From Harriotta raleighana (lineage: Eukaryota): DNA of 64,000 nt. The DNA is taken from contig JBNZDD010013696.1 in assembly GCA_050575255.1 (NCBI GenBank), forward strand, positions 2,212,716-2,276,715, in the 5' to 3' direction. The translations under genes and the position numbers were made by a program. The notes beneath the pieces are model-generated. The model searched no databases. It saw nothing but the letters and a program-made list of their open reading frames with translations, and was not told the DNA's origin. Shown piece after piece: positions 13,336-24,787 of this stretch (position 1 is the first letter of the stretch; each line of letters starts with the position of its first letter).

Positions 13336-13580
13336 TAGCAACAACAAAGTGCATTTGTAGAGCGCCTTTCAAGCCAGGGGGACATCCCAAGGCACTGGAC
13401 AGTCAGGGATCCACACCTGAACTAGTGTTTGGGATCAGGAGGGGTGTAGTGGGGAGGTTAGGGGTAGGAGGGTGACCGAGGGCACTGTAGAAGAGGAGAG
13501 TCTTGAAGGAGGCAAGTCAGCGGGTGACGCGGTAGGACTGTGGTATGGAGTTCAAGAGGGACAAATGATGGAGCGAGCCC
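13336..13580 (-). mobile_element. L2-type LINE 3' end fragment
   Basis: Homologous to 39950-40305 and 50248-50760. Confidence 0.8.
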
Positions 13581-15952
13581 TATTATTGTTCAAAGGCAGG
13601 CAAACATTTCTGAGCCCACAATAGTCAAAAGAGTTGCAGATTGGGGAATGTAATGGGAAAGCTCTTTCATTGCAAATGTGTCAAGAGAATGTGCTGGGAG
13701 GTAACAGTGCAACTTAATAAGATTAAAACTCTTGTGTTCAGCCGGTTAGGATGTGGCTAAATGTTTTGCGCTTGGCTGTAGTCCGGGGCAAAGCTAATAT
13801 CATAAAACTGAGGGATGAATGCAGAGTTCAGAGGAAGCAGAAAGTCCATACAATCAAATATCATTAACATTTAGGGTTCAAGAGTGGTTGAAGAGTAAAA
13901 AAAATTGGCCTTGGGTACTGTCGCCTTGGTAACGATGGACACTGCATCATTGTCTTCTCTCATTTATGCTTCTCTGCAACTTTAGATAGTCCCGTGTTGC
14001 TTCAGTTTTCAATGTTAGTTCAGGGTACAGTTGTCCAACATAACATCCATACATCGAGGCTCAAAACAAATATAGACGGCTTTGTACATCTCGTCACAGT
14101 TGGGTTAATTGTATTGCATTTATAAAGTAAAATGTAACTGGCGCCATAAACGAAATGGCTGGATTCTCTTCCCCACCGCAAAAAAAACCTCCAATTGATT
14201 TGAAAATGACAAAATACATTCATTTTTGGAATTGAAACTGTGGCGATATTTTGCCCGTGGCAAGCTGAGGTCTCGAGCTCAAATGCTGGCAAGGAGGGTG
14301 TGAGTGCTTTCTGAACGAGGAAGAAAAATTGGATTTGCACAGGATGTTGGCACGAAAATGTTGGCATTGCAGAGGCCCTGCTTACCGACGTGCTACAGGA
14401 GGAAATCATTGCTGTGATTCACAGGACGAGGAGCGACGTCTTGTTGCTGTGCCTTGCCAGTTGAGCTGAGCTCCCAGTCTTTCCTTCTCACTGGTGCGAC
14501 TAATTACATTGGAGACAATAGCGTGGCTTCTCTCTACTCCAAAGCATCTGGATACACGTTTTGAAACGGAGAGACAGCACACAGTTGGACAATCAATGCC
14601 CACAAACATTCTTTTCTCTTTTCTTCTCGAAAAGAAAACGCAATTAAAACATGCTCCCAAGGTGATTCCTATCAGGTGCTGCCTCACACCAGCAAACATG
14701 CACACAAGCCCCAGGTGTGTTTTACAGATGTGGGCAAATGCAAACACACGGGCATTAGAATACTTATTAAATTAAGTTTTCAAAGTGGTCAGTAATTAAA
14801 TTGCTGCACTCTCTGGGTATTTGCGAGCAGCTCGGGCTTACCAGCAGAACATCTTATAAGAAGTAGAAGGATATTCTAAAAAAAACACTCGAAGAAAGCC
14901 TCTATTTTTCAAAGAAAATTCATGGTGCCTGGATTTATCTGTCAATCAAGCTTAAAAGACTCCTTTTAGCCTTGAATATATCCGGCCTTTGCTTTCTATC
15001 ATTCGGATCAACACATAACAGGTTTTTTTTTTTTTTTTAAATCTTTAAAGATTGCATGTACCTAAACTAGAAGTCACATCACACTGTATTTTTCTTCAAT
15101 GTATGTATTCCACCTTTTCTTGTTTCCTTCTCCACCCCCCCACTCCCTCATTCAAGTACATACTCTGAACAGAGTTCTCAATATTGCTACATCAGATGCT
15201 GGGCATTTTCAATGACGTTTTTTCTCTGTGTATGAATTGGATGTGAACGTGCCGGAGAAGCTAGCAGAACGCTGGCTTTACTTTCATTCTCCATTTTTGA
15301 CTGGCATTGTTTACCTGCAAGAAATTAGAGAGAAAGACAGAGAAGGAGTGAGAGGGAGTAACAGCCTGATATCTAGAAAAGGGCTGATAATTGTGTGAGA
15401 GCACAATAAATTCTGTGTGGTTTTTCCAAGAGATTATCTTTATCAGTGAAAGTGAAACCGCTGTGAATTTCTGTAGACATAACATGTAAGTAAGAATCAT
15501 GAGCATTATTTCTAATATTCTGGAAATTGATATCAATGTCTGGTTGTTTTCTCCATTTTCCATCAAACAATCACAGACCCTAACTCAGGTTTCAACAGAT
15601 CAAACCAAATTCCTTATGCTGCACTCTTCATGAGGACACAAATCAGCCAATCTAACTCATAGACTTCCCTTGCCAACAGCACATCTCTTCTTGATTAGCT
15701 GTGGCAATGGTATTTGAGCTGAACAGGCCATCCTACTTCAGATAGTGTGCTCTGACCTTCCAAGCTGTTTGCCTGCTGATGATCAAATCCAGTCAAAACT
15801 CACTCAAAGGGGACAGGCAAATCAACGCCCGTTGAACACCAGGTTCCAACATAAGCAGATTTGGGAGTGTGACGCTACTATCAAAGCTTACAAATACTGT
15901 CATCAACTTCAGATTTGCAAGTTTGCATTAGGTGCCCCAATTTGCATAAATA

Positions 15953-16720
15953 CAGTAAAACCTCATTTATCCGTGACTCGAATAATCAGAAAACCCGTTC
16001 AACAGCCATCTCAAGCAAAAATCCCGATTCGATTAACCAGAAGTTATCCGGCGAATAGTGTCGGGTCTAAACACGTTCCTGCTCCTTTTAAAAATTGCAT
16101 TTTTTGTAACCTCGTTTGGATGAGTGCCTGTCGTTGCGAAGCTAAGTACTGTATGCATAATAAATACTGCTGCAGGTAGCGGCCAGAGAGGGAGGGAGTG
16201 GGGAATGGAGAAATGGAGGAAACGGAGAGAGAGAGAGGGGTGGGGGGATAGAGTGATGAGGGAAAGGGAGAGAGAGATGGGGGAAAGCATAATGGAGAGA
16301 GAGAGAGATGGCAGGCAGGTTGATGCAGAGAGAGAGGGAGGGAGAGAGAGGAAAGGGAGAGGTGGGGGATCGAGGGTTGTGGACAGAATTTATATGATGG
16401 ATTCAGACTGAATATCTTTGAGGTGTCTGTCTGTGTGTGTGTCTATGTGTGTGTGTGTGTGCTGGCCTCTAGTCAGGTCTAAAAAAAAGTCTTATAAAAG
16501 TCGCGTTTGTTTTACCTCCGTCGAATCAGTGCTGAGATTGCGAAGTTAAGTATAAATAATACTGTAATAATACAATATTCTGTTATTATTTAGTCTATTA
16601 TTAATATGGTATGTGTTAAAATATTTTTTTTTAAAACCCCGTTCAACCAGAAATCCGTTTATCCGGCACCCACCGCCACTGGCCAGGTTCGGTGGGTGCC
16701 GGGTAAACAGAGTTTTACTG
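15953..16720. mobile_element. Non-autonomous Tc1/mariner (pogo/Tigger-like) DNA transposon
   Basis: TA|CAGTAAAACCTCATTTATCCG ... CGGGTAAACAGAGTTTTACTG|TA gives imperfect TIRs and a TA target duplication. Internal GA-rich tract and (GT)n; no transposase ORF. Confidence 0.85.
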
Positions 16721-18694
16721 TATTTCTGAGATAAATATAAAACCAACTGTAACTTTTACAAAATAAACATAGAAATATGTAAAGTGTTTAATCTCCCCTC
16801 TTCCCTTTCGGGCAGGAAAAATACAGGCCTGCCACCAAACACTGAAACTATCTTGTCTTCAAATAGAATTGTACAGTTCACAAACCATTCCTAATTGACC
16901 CGAGTGCTCTTTTGAATGGCTTCTCACTGTTGCTCTCAATAGGAATAAGGTTACAGATGGCAATAAGATTGCATTATTTTGCCTCCTGAATTAAAATTGA
17001 TCCCCAAAGCTACCTGAACTCAGATGAAACAAAGATTTGTTATTAGCCAGATGAAAATACCCGGTTTTCAATTCGCTTAATGTTTTTGGTTACCATGTCA
17101 ACCCGTAGGGGTTCAATATACCTATATCTGTAATTCATTTATAATTAAAATAATCCTTCCACTATGATGATTTAACAGTTTACAGTACTCACTGGCAATG
17201 ATGCACTGTTTCAAGATTCTGAGCATGTTTTGTTGTGAGGTAGGAATCATATATTCTGCCTTGTAATATATTTTAATACTATTTTATTTTGCTTCTTCCT
17301 TAAAGATAATTTTCTACCGCCCACAAGGAAGACAGGTGATGAAACTAGTGTGTAGTGTATTTTCAAGTAGCACAACTGGTAATTACTAACATAAACTAGA
17401 ATTAGATTTTCTCTAGATAATACTAAATAATTGTCAAATAGAGGCAAGCGTATACAGGCGGGGCTCCAGTTTCCAATCATTAACAAAAGATAAGCACACT
17501 GATCTTACCATACTGTTGGGAGAAACAATTGCATCAGAAAACTTTGAATTCCCATAACAATGAAGAGTGACTTGTGCATCACTGTTCCTTTTCAACTTAT
17601 TTTGTTAACCAAAATGGTCTTCCATTGTATCTTGGAGCAATTCATATACAGCTGTAAACAATCTTATCTTAAGCTGGCTTGCAAATACCTGAAGCTTATT
17701 CAGTATAAATCGTTGTATTCTTTTGACAGTGCTTTGGAAATAATATATATATTTTGCATTTTACATACAAAAGAGTAGTTTTATTGCAAAATAATTTAGT
17801 TATTTGATCTGCAATTCAATCAATACAACCTGACAAATTATTTTAAACCAAATACAGTCTACAGGGACCTTGGCTTTTAAATATTTATGTTCTCCAGTAT
17901 TTACCCAAAGGTAGTAAGATAAAGATAATAGATGTTTTGTCACTCACTCCTGGCAATATGCCTGTTTTAGTTTTACCCCACAAAATAGCATTGGTTGGTT
18001 CAAAAATAAAAATGAAATAAAACCATTTAAGAACTGAGGAACCAATTCTCTCCTGTGCTCCAGGACTAGTAAATGCTTTGGTACAAACACAGAGAAAATG
18101 CTCACATTTGTACAAGGGTCCAGGGTTATTTTCTTTTGCAAATTAATGCACAGCCAAAGAAATGGATTTTGACATAGGCACATATACAGTGCCTACTAGG
18201 TGACACAATGGGTTTGATGCCCACACCAATAGAGAATAGGCATAAGAAGTTGTAAATCATTCGATTAAAGCAGAGCTATGCAACAAAAACTCACTTTCTG
18301 ATAGGAGATAGTAATGTAATTCAAATCGACTTAATGTTGAGCTCATTGGGCTGTCTTGTGTAAATCAGTTCCGTGTGGGTACCCCATGCTTGACTGAGAG
18401 ATAGAACTGTTTCTGGATACAAAATATTGGAATCACTGTGCTCAAGAGACTGGCCTGTTAACATAAGGCAAGGCAAACAGTTCAATACCAAACACAGTGA
18501 TTGCTTCAATTATCAGTTTACAGAAATAAAGGGGCAAAATGTGTTTGTACCATTTGAAAATGTAAAATTATACTCAGCCATTTGAAACCTCCAGCCCAAT
18601 CGATTTCTAATCTGCTCTGTTTGCGAATATTTTAATGACGTCAAATTTGATTATGTTTTGATGTCGCAGAGTGAAAAGGAGTACGGCGGACAGT

Positions 18695-18937
18695 GGGGGG
18701 AAAAATCCACCTGGTTTTACATTTACTCTATTTTTGTGGCATCTCAGACCGTTTCGAATTTGGCAAATTCTTAAACCCGGCCGTTAACTTTGAAGCTGGT
18801 TTTCTGGATTTCTGAAAAGAACTTGCAGAAAATCAGCTTCATCACAGCGACTCGATTACAGAACTCGCCAAGTTCTGGGATGGTCTGAAATGCAAGAAAA
18901 CGGAGCAAATGGAGAACCAGATGGGAATTTCTCCCCC
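18695..18937. mobile_element. Fold-back (palindromic) MITE-like element
   Basis: Left arm ggggggaaaaatccacctggttttacatttactctatttttgtggcatctcagacc... aligns along its length to the reverse complement of the right arm (gggggagaaattcccatctggttctccatttgctccgttttcttgcatttcagacc...). Confidence 0.75.
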
Positions 18938-19070
18938 GTTGTGTCTTAATATTTATGTGCACTGTATGCCTTCTACGTAAGTGGTATCATATTCCCTTTA
19001 TTTGAGCTCCTGTTATTTGTTGATTGCTCTGTAAATTCTCATATGCCTATTTCTGTGCTTTATTTTTCAG

Positions 19071-19142
19071 GTTTCTCCACTACTTTCTCTTTTCCAACTA
19101 CTTCCCTTTCCCCAGTTGCCAATGATTCTCTGTCTTCCATAG
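19071..19142 (+). CDS. CHL1: Candidate alternative Ser/Thr/Pro-rich exon of CHL1 between FN3-4 and FN3-5
   Basis: Strong acceptor ttctgtgctttatttttcag|, donor ATAG|gtattt, 72 nt, phase 1-1 and open in the gene frame: (G)FSTTFSFPTTSLSPVANDSLSSI. The donor is weak and there is no transcript evidence. Confidence 0.6.
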   Translation, partial: VSPLLSLFQLLPFPQLPMILCLP

Positions 19143-20837
19143 GTATTTCACACTAAGTTGCATCTCACCCTGAATTTCAATGACCTGAAATTCGGAGTTA
19201 CATATTTCTAGGACAGTACAAAGTTTTTAATTTTCTGTAGACAGTCGATTAACATACTGAGATCTGTGAACTTCTCCCTGCTGTGTAATGCATCTGTTCT
19301 CCACAGTCGAGTTTGCCACAGGGAGCAGATGAGAGCTAAATCATTTGAGTACCTGCAATAATACTATTACTTCCACCTCAACTCAGGATGTGTAAAATAC
19401 ACATATAAGGAGCAATTTTTAAAAAAGAATTTAAGTGTGTATACCGAGTCTTGTTTGTGCCACATGCAACCCCAAAATGCACTGTTTCCATCAGGTTTTG
19501 CATATTCTGTCTGACTGAAAATAACAAATTTACACATACACTCTTCTCATCTGATCGAGATTTTTGGGCGCACAATAGCTTTTTCACAGCTCCTGTAGGA
19601 TTTTCACACCAGTGAAAAATACAAATTACATTGTATTGGTGTGAAAATGGAATCTTTAACGGTTGTGTTTTAAGAAGCCCTGGCACAGAAATGGCCATGG
19701 AATGAACAGCATTTTGTATCAGAGGTATACTCTGTGAGAAATAACTTTGCAAACTAATTGTAGATTTTATAGGTTCTGGATTTTCCTCAATGTGGAAAAA
19801 CAATGGGTATCCTCCGAAACCAATGTGATATTTCTTCTCTCTCTCTCACACACACTTTAAGTGGCTGTGTTCTTTGCACAGGCAATGGACTGTTGGCTAG
19901 CATTGTTTTTGGTTGTGATTAAGATTAAGTCACTTTTGAGAAGCCCTTGAATTACATTAAAGGCCAAGATACCAGAAAAGCAATATGTTGGGCTTTTTTG
20001 GAGGAGACATGGCTCATACTAAACTGCTGGTTAAATTGTACTTCTATGGGCAGTCATTTCCCTGTGCACATGAGATTCTTGTTTGTGCAGCATTTAATGG
20101 CAGATCTGCGCAGCCTTTAGTGAGAAACTGGGTAATAGCAAACATTATTCCATCAGAGTTCCAGTAATGCTGACAGATAAAAAACATACTGATTTTTTTT
20201 CCACAGTATTGCCTGTAAAGAGTCTGCTTCTTATTGGATTACTTTGTCAACAGCTTTAGCCATTTGTCTCATTCTGTACTGTTAACGTGCCTTAACTGAC
20301 CAACCAACAAGATGGAAGTAACAATTTTTTTCCTCCCCTTCAAAGTGACTACAATATTGCTGGCGTGTTACTGCAGTATGGAGCATTGTACAATGAGCTG
20401 TTCTCCACTTATTTCATGCTTGAACGTGGACATGTTTGGAATTTGCGTTTACTCAGTTCAGTTACTTTCCTGCAACCGCTTCCAATTTGATCATTCTCCG
20501 GATCAGACCCTTTGCGTTCCAAATGAATTTGCAAAGAAATCGAAAAATTCCTCTCCGACGTGCTCGTGTTGTTTGTGTGTCCCATCCCGCAGTGCGCCAC
20601 ACTGTGAACTTAATACGAATGCCATCGCAAACATGCACTTATTGCTGATTTGCAAAACAAAATCGAATCAGCAGCAACAGTTCCCTCTGCACTGCTATAA
20701 CTGATGATTAATTACAAGCCCTGCAGTGTGCATGCTACTGGCAACGCTGTAATCTAACCTTCCTCTCTTACTTCTGTTTCTGCAAATAACAACCCTGCAT
20801 TAATGCAATATTGCTTGTCTTGTTACTTATTCAATAG

Positions 20838-20951
20838 TTCCAGTCTTGCTGAACATCAGTTCTTCTGTAAGTGCAACATATGCAAACATCAGCTGGATTC
20901 CAGGAATGGGACATGCAGCTTCTGAATTTTATGTTGCATACATGAATAACC
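20838..20951 (+). CDS. CHL1: CHL1 exon, first half of fibronectin type III domain 5
   Basis: Acceptor ttattcaatag|, donor AACC|gtaagc, 114 nt, phase 1-1. Encodes (V)PVLLNISSSVSATYANISWIPGMGHAASEFYVAYMNN, with the FN3 hallmarks ISW and FYVAY. Confidence 0.9.
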
Positions 20952-21323
20952 GTAAGCTGTTCTCACTCTAATTTTTACAGAGATTGTAGTGAAATCCCCT
21001 TTGGGCCTATTAATGTACCTATTTCACTAGCCACACGCACTATGATTAATGCAGCAGATCAATGTAGTTTATTTCTATACAAGTCATTCTCAAGTTAGAG
21101 TCAGCTTTTGGTAACTTTTGATCCTAAATTAAAATGAATCGTATCATCGTGTTTTATAAGATATTTTGCTTTACAATTGCCTATTTCACGGTGATATTAT
21201 AAGAGCCAATAAAGTAATGAATGTGACATAACATTTATGATACAATCCAATTATACTTGCTATCATTTCTTCAAATCCCGACAAATGTATTGGCGTTTAA
21301 TTTTCTGAATGCAATTTCCATAG

Positions 21324-21485
21324 GTAAAGGTAAATGGAAGATTTCAGAAGCAGTAAATGTTTCAAACAAATTCCACATCTTAGAGGGGCTAGAACCTGGA
21401 AGTGAATATTCAATCCGTCTTATGACTAAGAACTGGTTTGATAACACTAGCATTTTTGAAGATGTTATAGAAACAAGGGTAAAAG
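21324..21485 (+). CDS. CHL1: CHL1 exon, second half of fibronectin type III domain 5
   Basis: Acceptor tttccatag|, donor AAAG|gtgagg, 162 nt. Encodes (R)KGKWKISEAVNVSNKFHILEGLEPGSEYSIRLMTKNWFDNTSIFEDVIETRVK. RLMTKNW.DN.SIF.DVIETR is a CHL1-characteristic stretch. Confidence 0.96.
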
Positions 21486-22767
21486 GTGAGGAATCAGTCC
21501 CATTCAGAATCTAGTGGGAACATTTTGTTTTCTACCATAAACTTAGAATAAAATCATCACCAAATCCATCCCATGCATTTCAAAGTTTTTTTTAAACATG
21601 AAATCCAAGCTTTTCTTGCCAAATTATAAGCGGAGCTTGCCTGAGACTAATTTGTCCCAAATATATCGTTGGATTTGTCTTTAATTCTCGTGAAATTATA
21701 TGATGTTGGGACAAACCTGGATTGGCACAGGATATTCAGCTCGCGAAGGTCTTGGGTTTCTCTGTATTGCTATATTACTGCTTTGCTTCATTCCTGACCG
21801 TCCACTTGCTTTTTCTTAACTCCATTGGCATTATGTATGCATGGGCTGCTGATGCTTTCTGTCTGCTTTGTTGGTTATTGTGGTTTTGCTTTATTATTCA
21901 GTCATGACTACTGCTCATTAAAGCAGAATTCTTTTTGTGATAAAATAGCATTGAATAAATCAATTGAATCGGTATCCATGCGCGCACAAGATTATTTCGT
22001 TTTGTTTTAATGCAAAGAGTTCTCCTCAATTCCCTGAATAATTTCAGGTGTATACAACAGATGTCAAGAACAATTTGCTTAAATTGTTATCTAATACAAA
22101 CAAAATGGTTATGATACACAGTGTTACCCATTATTGTATTTTATAAATATAACTACGACAGCTTGCTTTATTCAAATTACATTTAGCTTTGTGGATACCT
22201 CGGATGGAACTACAATGCAGATGCACGTCTGATTGACATTACAAAGCACAAAGGCAAAGTCTGAGCAGTGCAATGATATCAACCCAAACAAGTGATACAT
22301 AATTCTCAGTCCCTCTTAGGCTATTTTTTAAAGATAAAATATACAAGTTATGTGCACCTTCGGAATTCACAGATTTCAAAAGTACTTAGCTCGCTTCAGA
22401 CACTTTATCTTGGATATGTCCAGAGAAAAGTGTAATGGTTTCCTTTCGAGCAACTCAAATTTTAGGTTCTAAAATTACAAGACTGAAGACTTTGATAACT
22501 CATTTTTTCTTGCTTGTAGCATGCTATCAAGTTAAACATACCTTGTACATTTTATATATGAAACATAGTTAATAAAAGCCTTTAAAAGCACTTATTCCCA
22601 GATAAGGTGTATGTGTAAAAATGTTACTGATGTTGATGTAGTATCTTTCAATGGCACAAAATGTTAACAATTTGTCATGTACTATATTTCTCTTTCTGAT
22701 GGTTAAAAAGTGCCTTGTTTTTCTAATTGCTTCTTTTCTTGATGATTAATTATATGACCTACAACAG

Positions 22768-22899
22768 CATATGCTGGAATTCATGGAGGAATATCTACGC
22801 AAGGATGGTTTATTGGCTTAATGTGTGCCATTGCTCTGCTTACCCTCATTCTGCTAATTGCCTGCTTCATAAAGAGAAACAAAGGAGGAAAATATTCTG
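22768..22899 (+). CDS. CHL1: CHL1 transmembrane exon
   Basis: Acceptor acaacag|, donor TCTG|gtaagt, 132 nt. Encodes (A)[43 protein letters not shown], the L1-family TM segment plus juxtamembrane motif. Confidence 0.97.
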
Positions 22900-24655
22900 G
22901 TAAGTACTGGGTCCTTATTCTATAGCGTTTGTAAAAGAACTGAACACTATTTCTACAGATGTTTGTTGGAAAGCATTGTTCATCTCTTAATTGAAGATGA
23001 TTTCCAATAAAATCTGCTGAAAAATGAAACAAGGAGGGAGGAGAAAGGAAAGATCAAAACCGAGTCAAGGCAGGCAGGTTTAAAATATGTTCTCGGTTAG
23101 TCACGCGTTCACTTCATTCAAAACAAAGTCACATTTTCAATATGTTATGTAGTTAACCAGGGTGTATTTATTTATTTTACTGCAATTGCATTAGTCTGGT
23201 TCCTTGGCTGTTAGATTTGCCGAGCGTTGAACTGGACCCGGAATGAAATGACAGGGCTCTATATGAAGGGAAATCAAATCGTATTAAAGGTAACAAAGTG
23301 GCCCAAATGGAGGTTGTTGCCTTCACCTTGCAGTGATCCTTAAATTCTCCCAACAGTTCAGATTGCAAATAATTCTATTGTGTTGAGGGATGAGCGAGAA
23401 GTATCCAAACTCATCTAATATTAGCCATTGGCAATGAATGCCACCAAAGCCATTTGTCTCTGTTTTGTTGGGGTCGGAAGTGGGCGAGTCTGTATCTAAA
23501 TCCAAAGAAAGAGAGTGTAGGCGTAATCTATCTTTGAATCCCAGATGAGCTGGTTGTTGTTGGCCTTAACTTTCTGCCTATTGAACGAAAGGTCAAATTA
23601 TGCTGAATGTTTATCCCTAATCAATAGTACATATGGGTCTGAAGTGCTGTTTTCTCCTGAAAATAAATTGCTCCTTCCACCACAAATTCATTTGCTTTCC
23701 AGACTCTAGGCTTGTTGGTCATCATAAGCTGGCAACACAGATTTATCAAGCCCTGAATCCAAGCCTCTAACAGCCAAAGCTTTGTCATCTTAACATTTTA
23801 AGGAATCTTGAACACTAAGTAATGATTGTGTGTGTTTTAACTTGGTTTACCCACGACCATAATACAGTTCCGTCCTCTCCCTTTCCCCGAGAGCCTATAT
23901 GGAATACATGTCCAAGAAATTTATATAAATGTTAAATATTTCTAATTTAAAATATTTTTTGTACAGCAGTGTAGGTTGGGCATTTTTTAAAAACCAGCTG
24001 GAAAACTAAAAACAGCATGAACATAAGGTCGGGGGAAGGCAGAGAGCTAGTTAAGGTAGATACAGAGAAGATTTGAACCTTGTTAGTGGGGAGCTAAAAA
24101 AAAATCATAAATAAAATGCTGGAAAAGCACAGCTCAGTCTGCGGAGAGGCAGTTTAACAGTCCCCTTGTGATTCTTCAATAAGAGGTTTACACCTGCAGA
24201 ATTAATCTCTCTCTGACTGTTGACCAACATGAACTGATCTGGAATTTTTTATAGTCCTTTTCCCACTTCCCCCTCCCCTACCCATCTCCCACCCCACTCC
24301 CCCGCCAAAAAAAATTGCTGGCATCATAGTTTACATGGAAAGAGGATGCGGGTTTGGAATTTGCCTGGTTTCTAGAGACTAGAGTTCACACAGCTTCCCA
24401 TTACTTTGCTGAAATGTCACAGTGAGATGCATGTTGCATGCCCCACTAGCCCCCACCTCCCTTTCAACTGATAATGTAGATCATAACAGGCTGTTTCAAC
24501 TANTAAAAATGTTACTGATGTTGATGTAGTATCTTTCAATGGCACAAAATGTTAACAATTTGTCATGTACTATATTTCTCTTTCTGATGGTTAAAAAGTG
24601 CCTTGTTTTTCTAATTGCTTCTTTTCTTGATGATTAATTATATGACCTACAACAG

Positions 24656-24787
24656 CATATGCTGGAATTCATGGAGGAATATCTACGCAAGGATGGTTTA
24701 TTGGCTTAATGTGTGCCATTGCTCTGCTTACCCTCATTCTGCTAATTGCCTGCTTCATAAAGAGAAACAAAGGAGGAAAATATTCTG
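24656..24787 (+). other. Second identical copy of the transmembrane exon (likely false duplication)
   Basis: Offset 1888 nt from 22768-22899 and lies inside a block duplicated across a single N at 24503. Confidence 0.85.

Noticed and set aside
16033-16411. Low-complexity ORFs rich in R/E/G or L/S/P
   Set aside because: Translation of the GA-rich tract inside the MITE.
24656-24787. Mutually exclusive or tandem transmembrane exons as a novel system
   Set aside because: The copies, including introns, appear identical and meet at a single N, the same pattern as four other local assembly joins.
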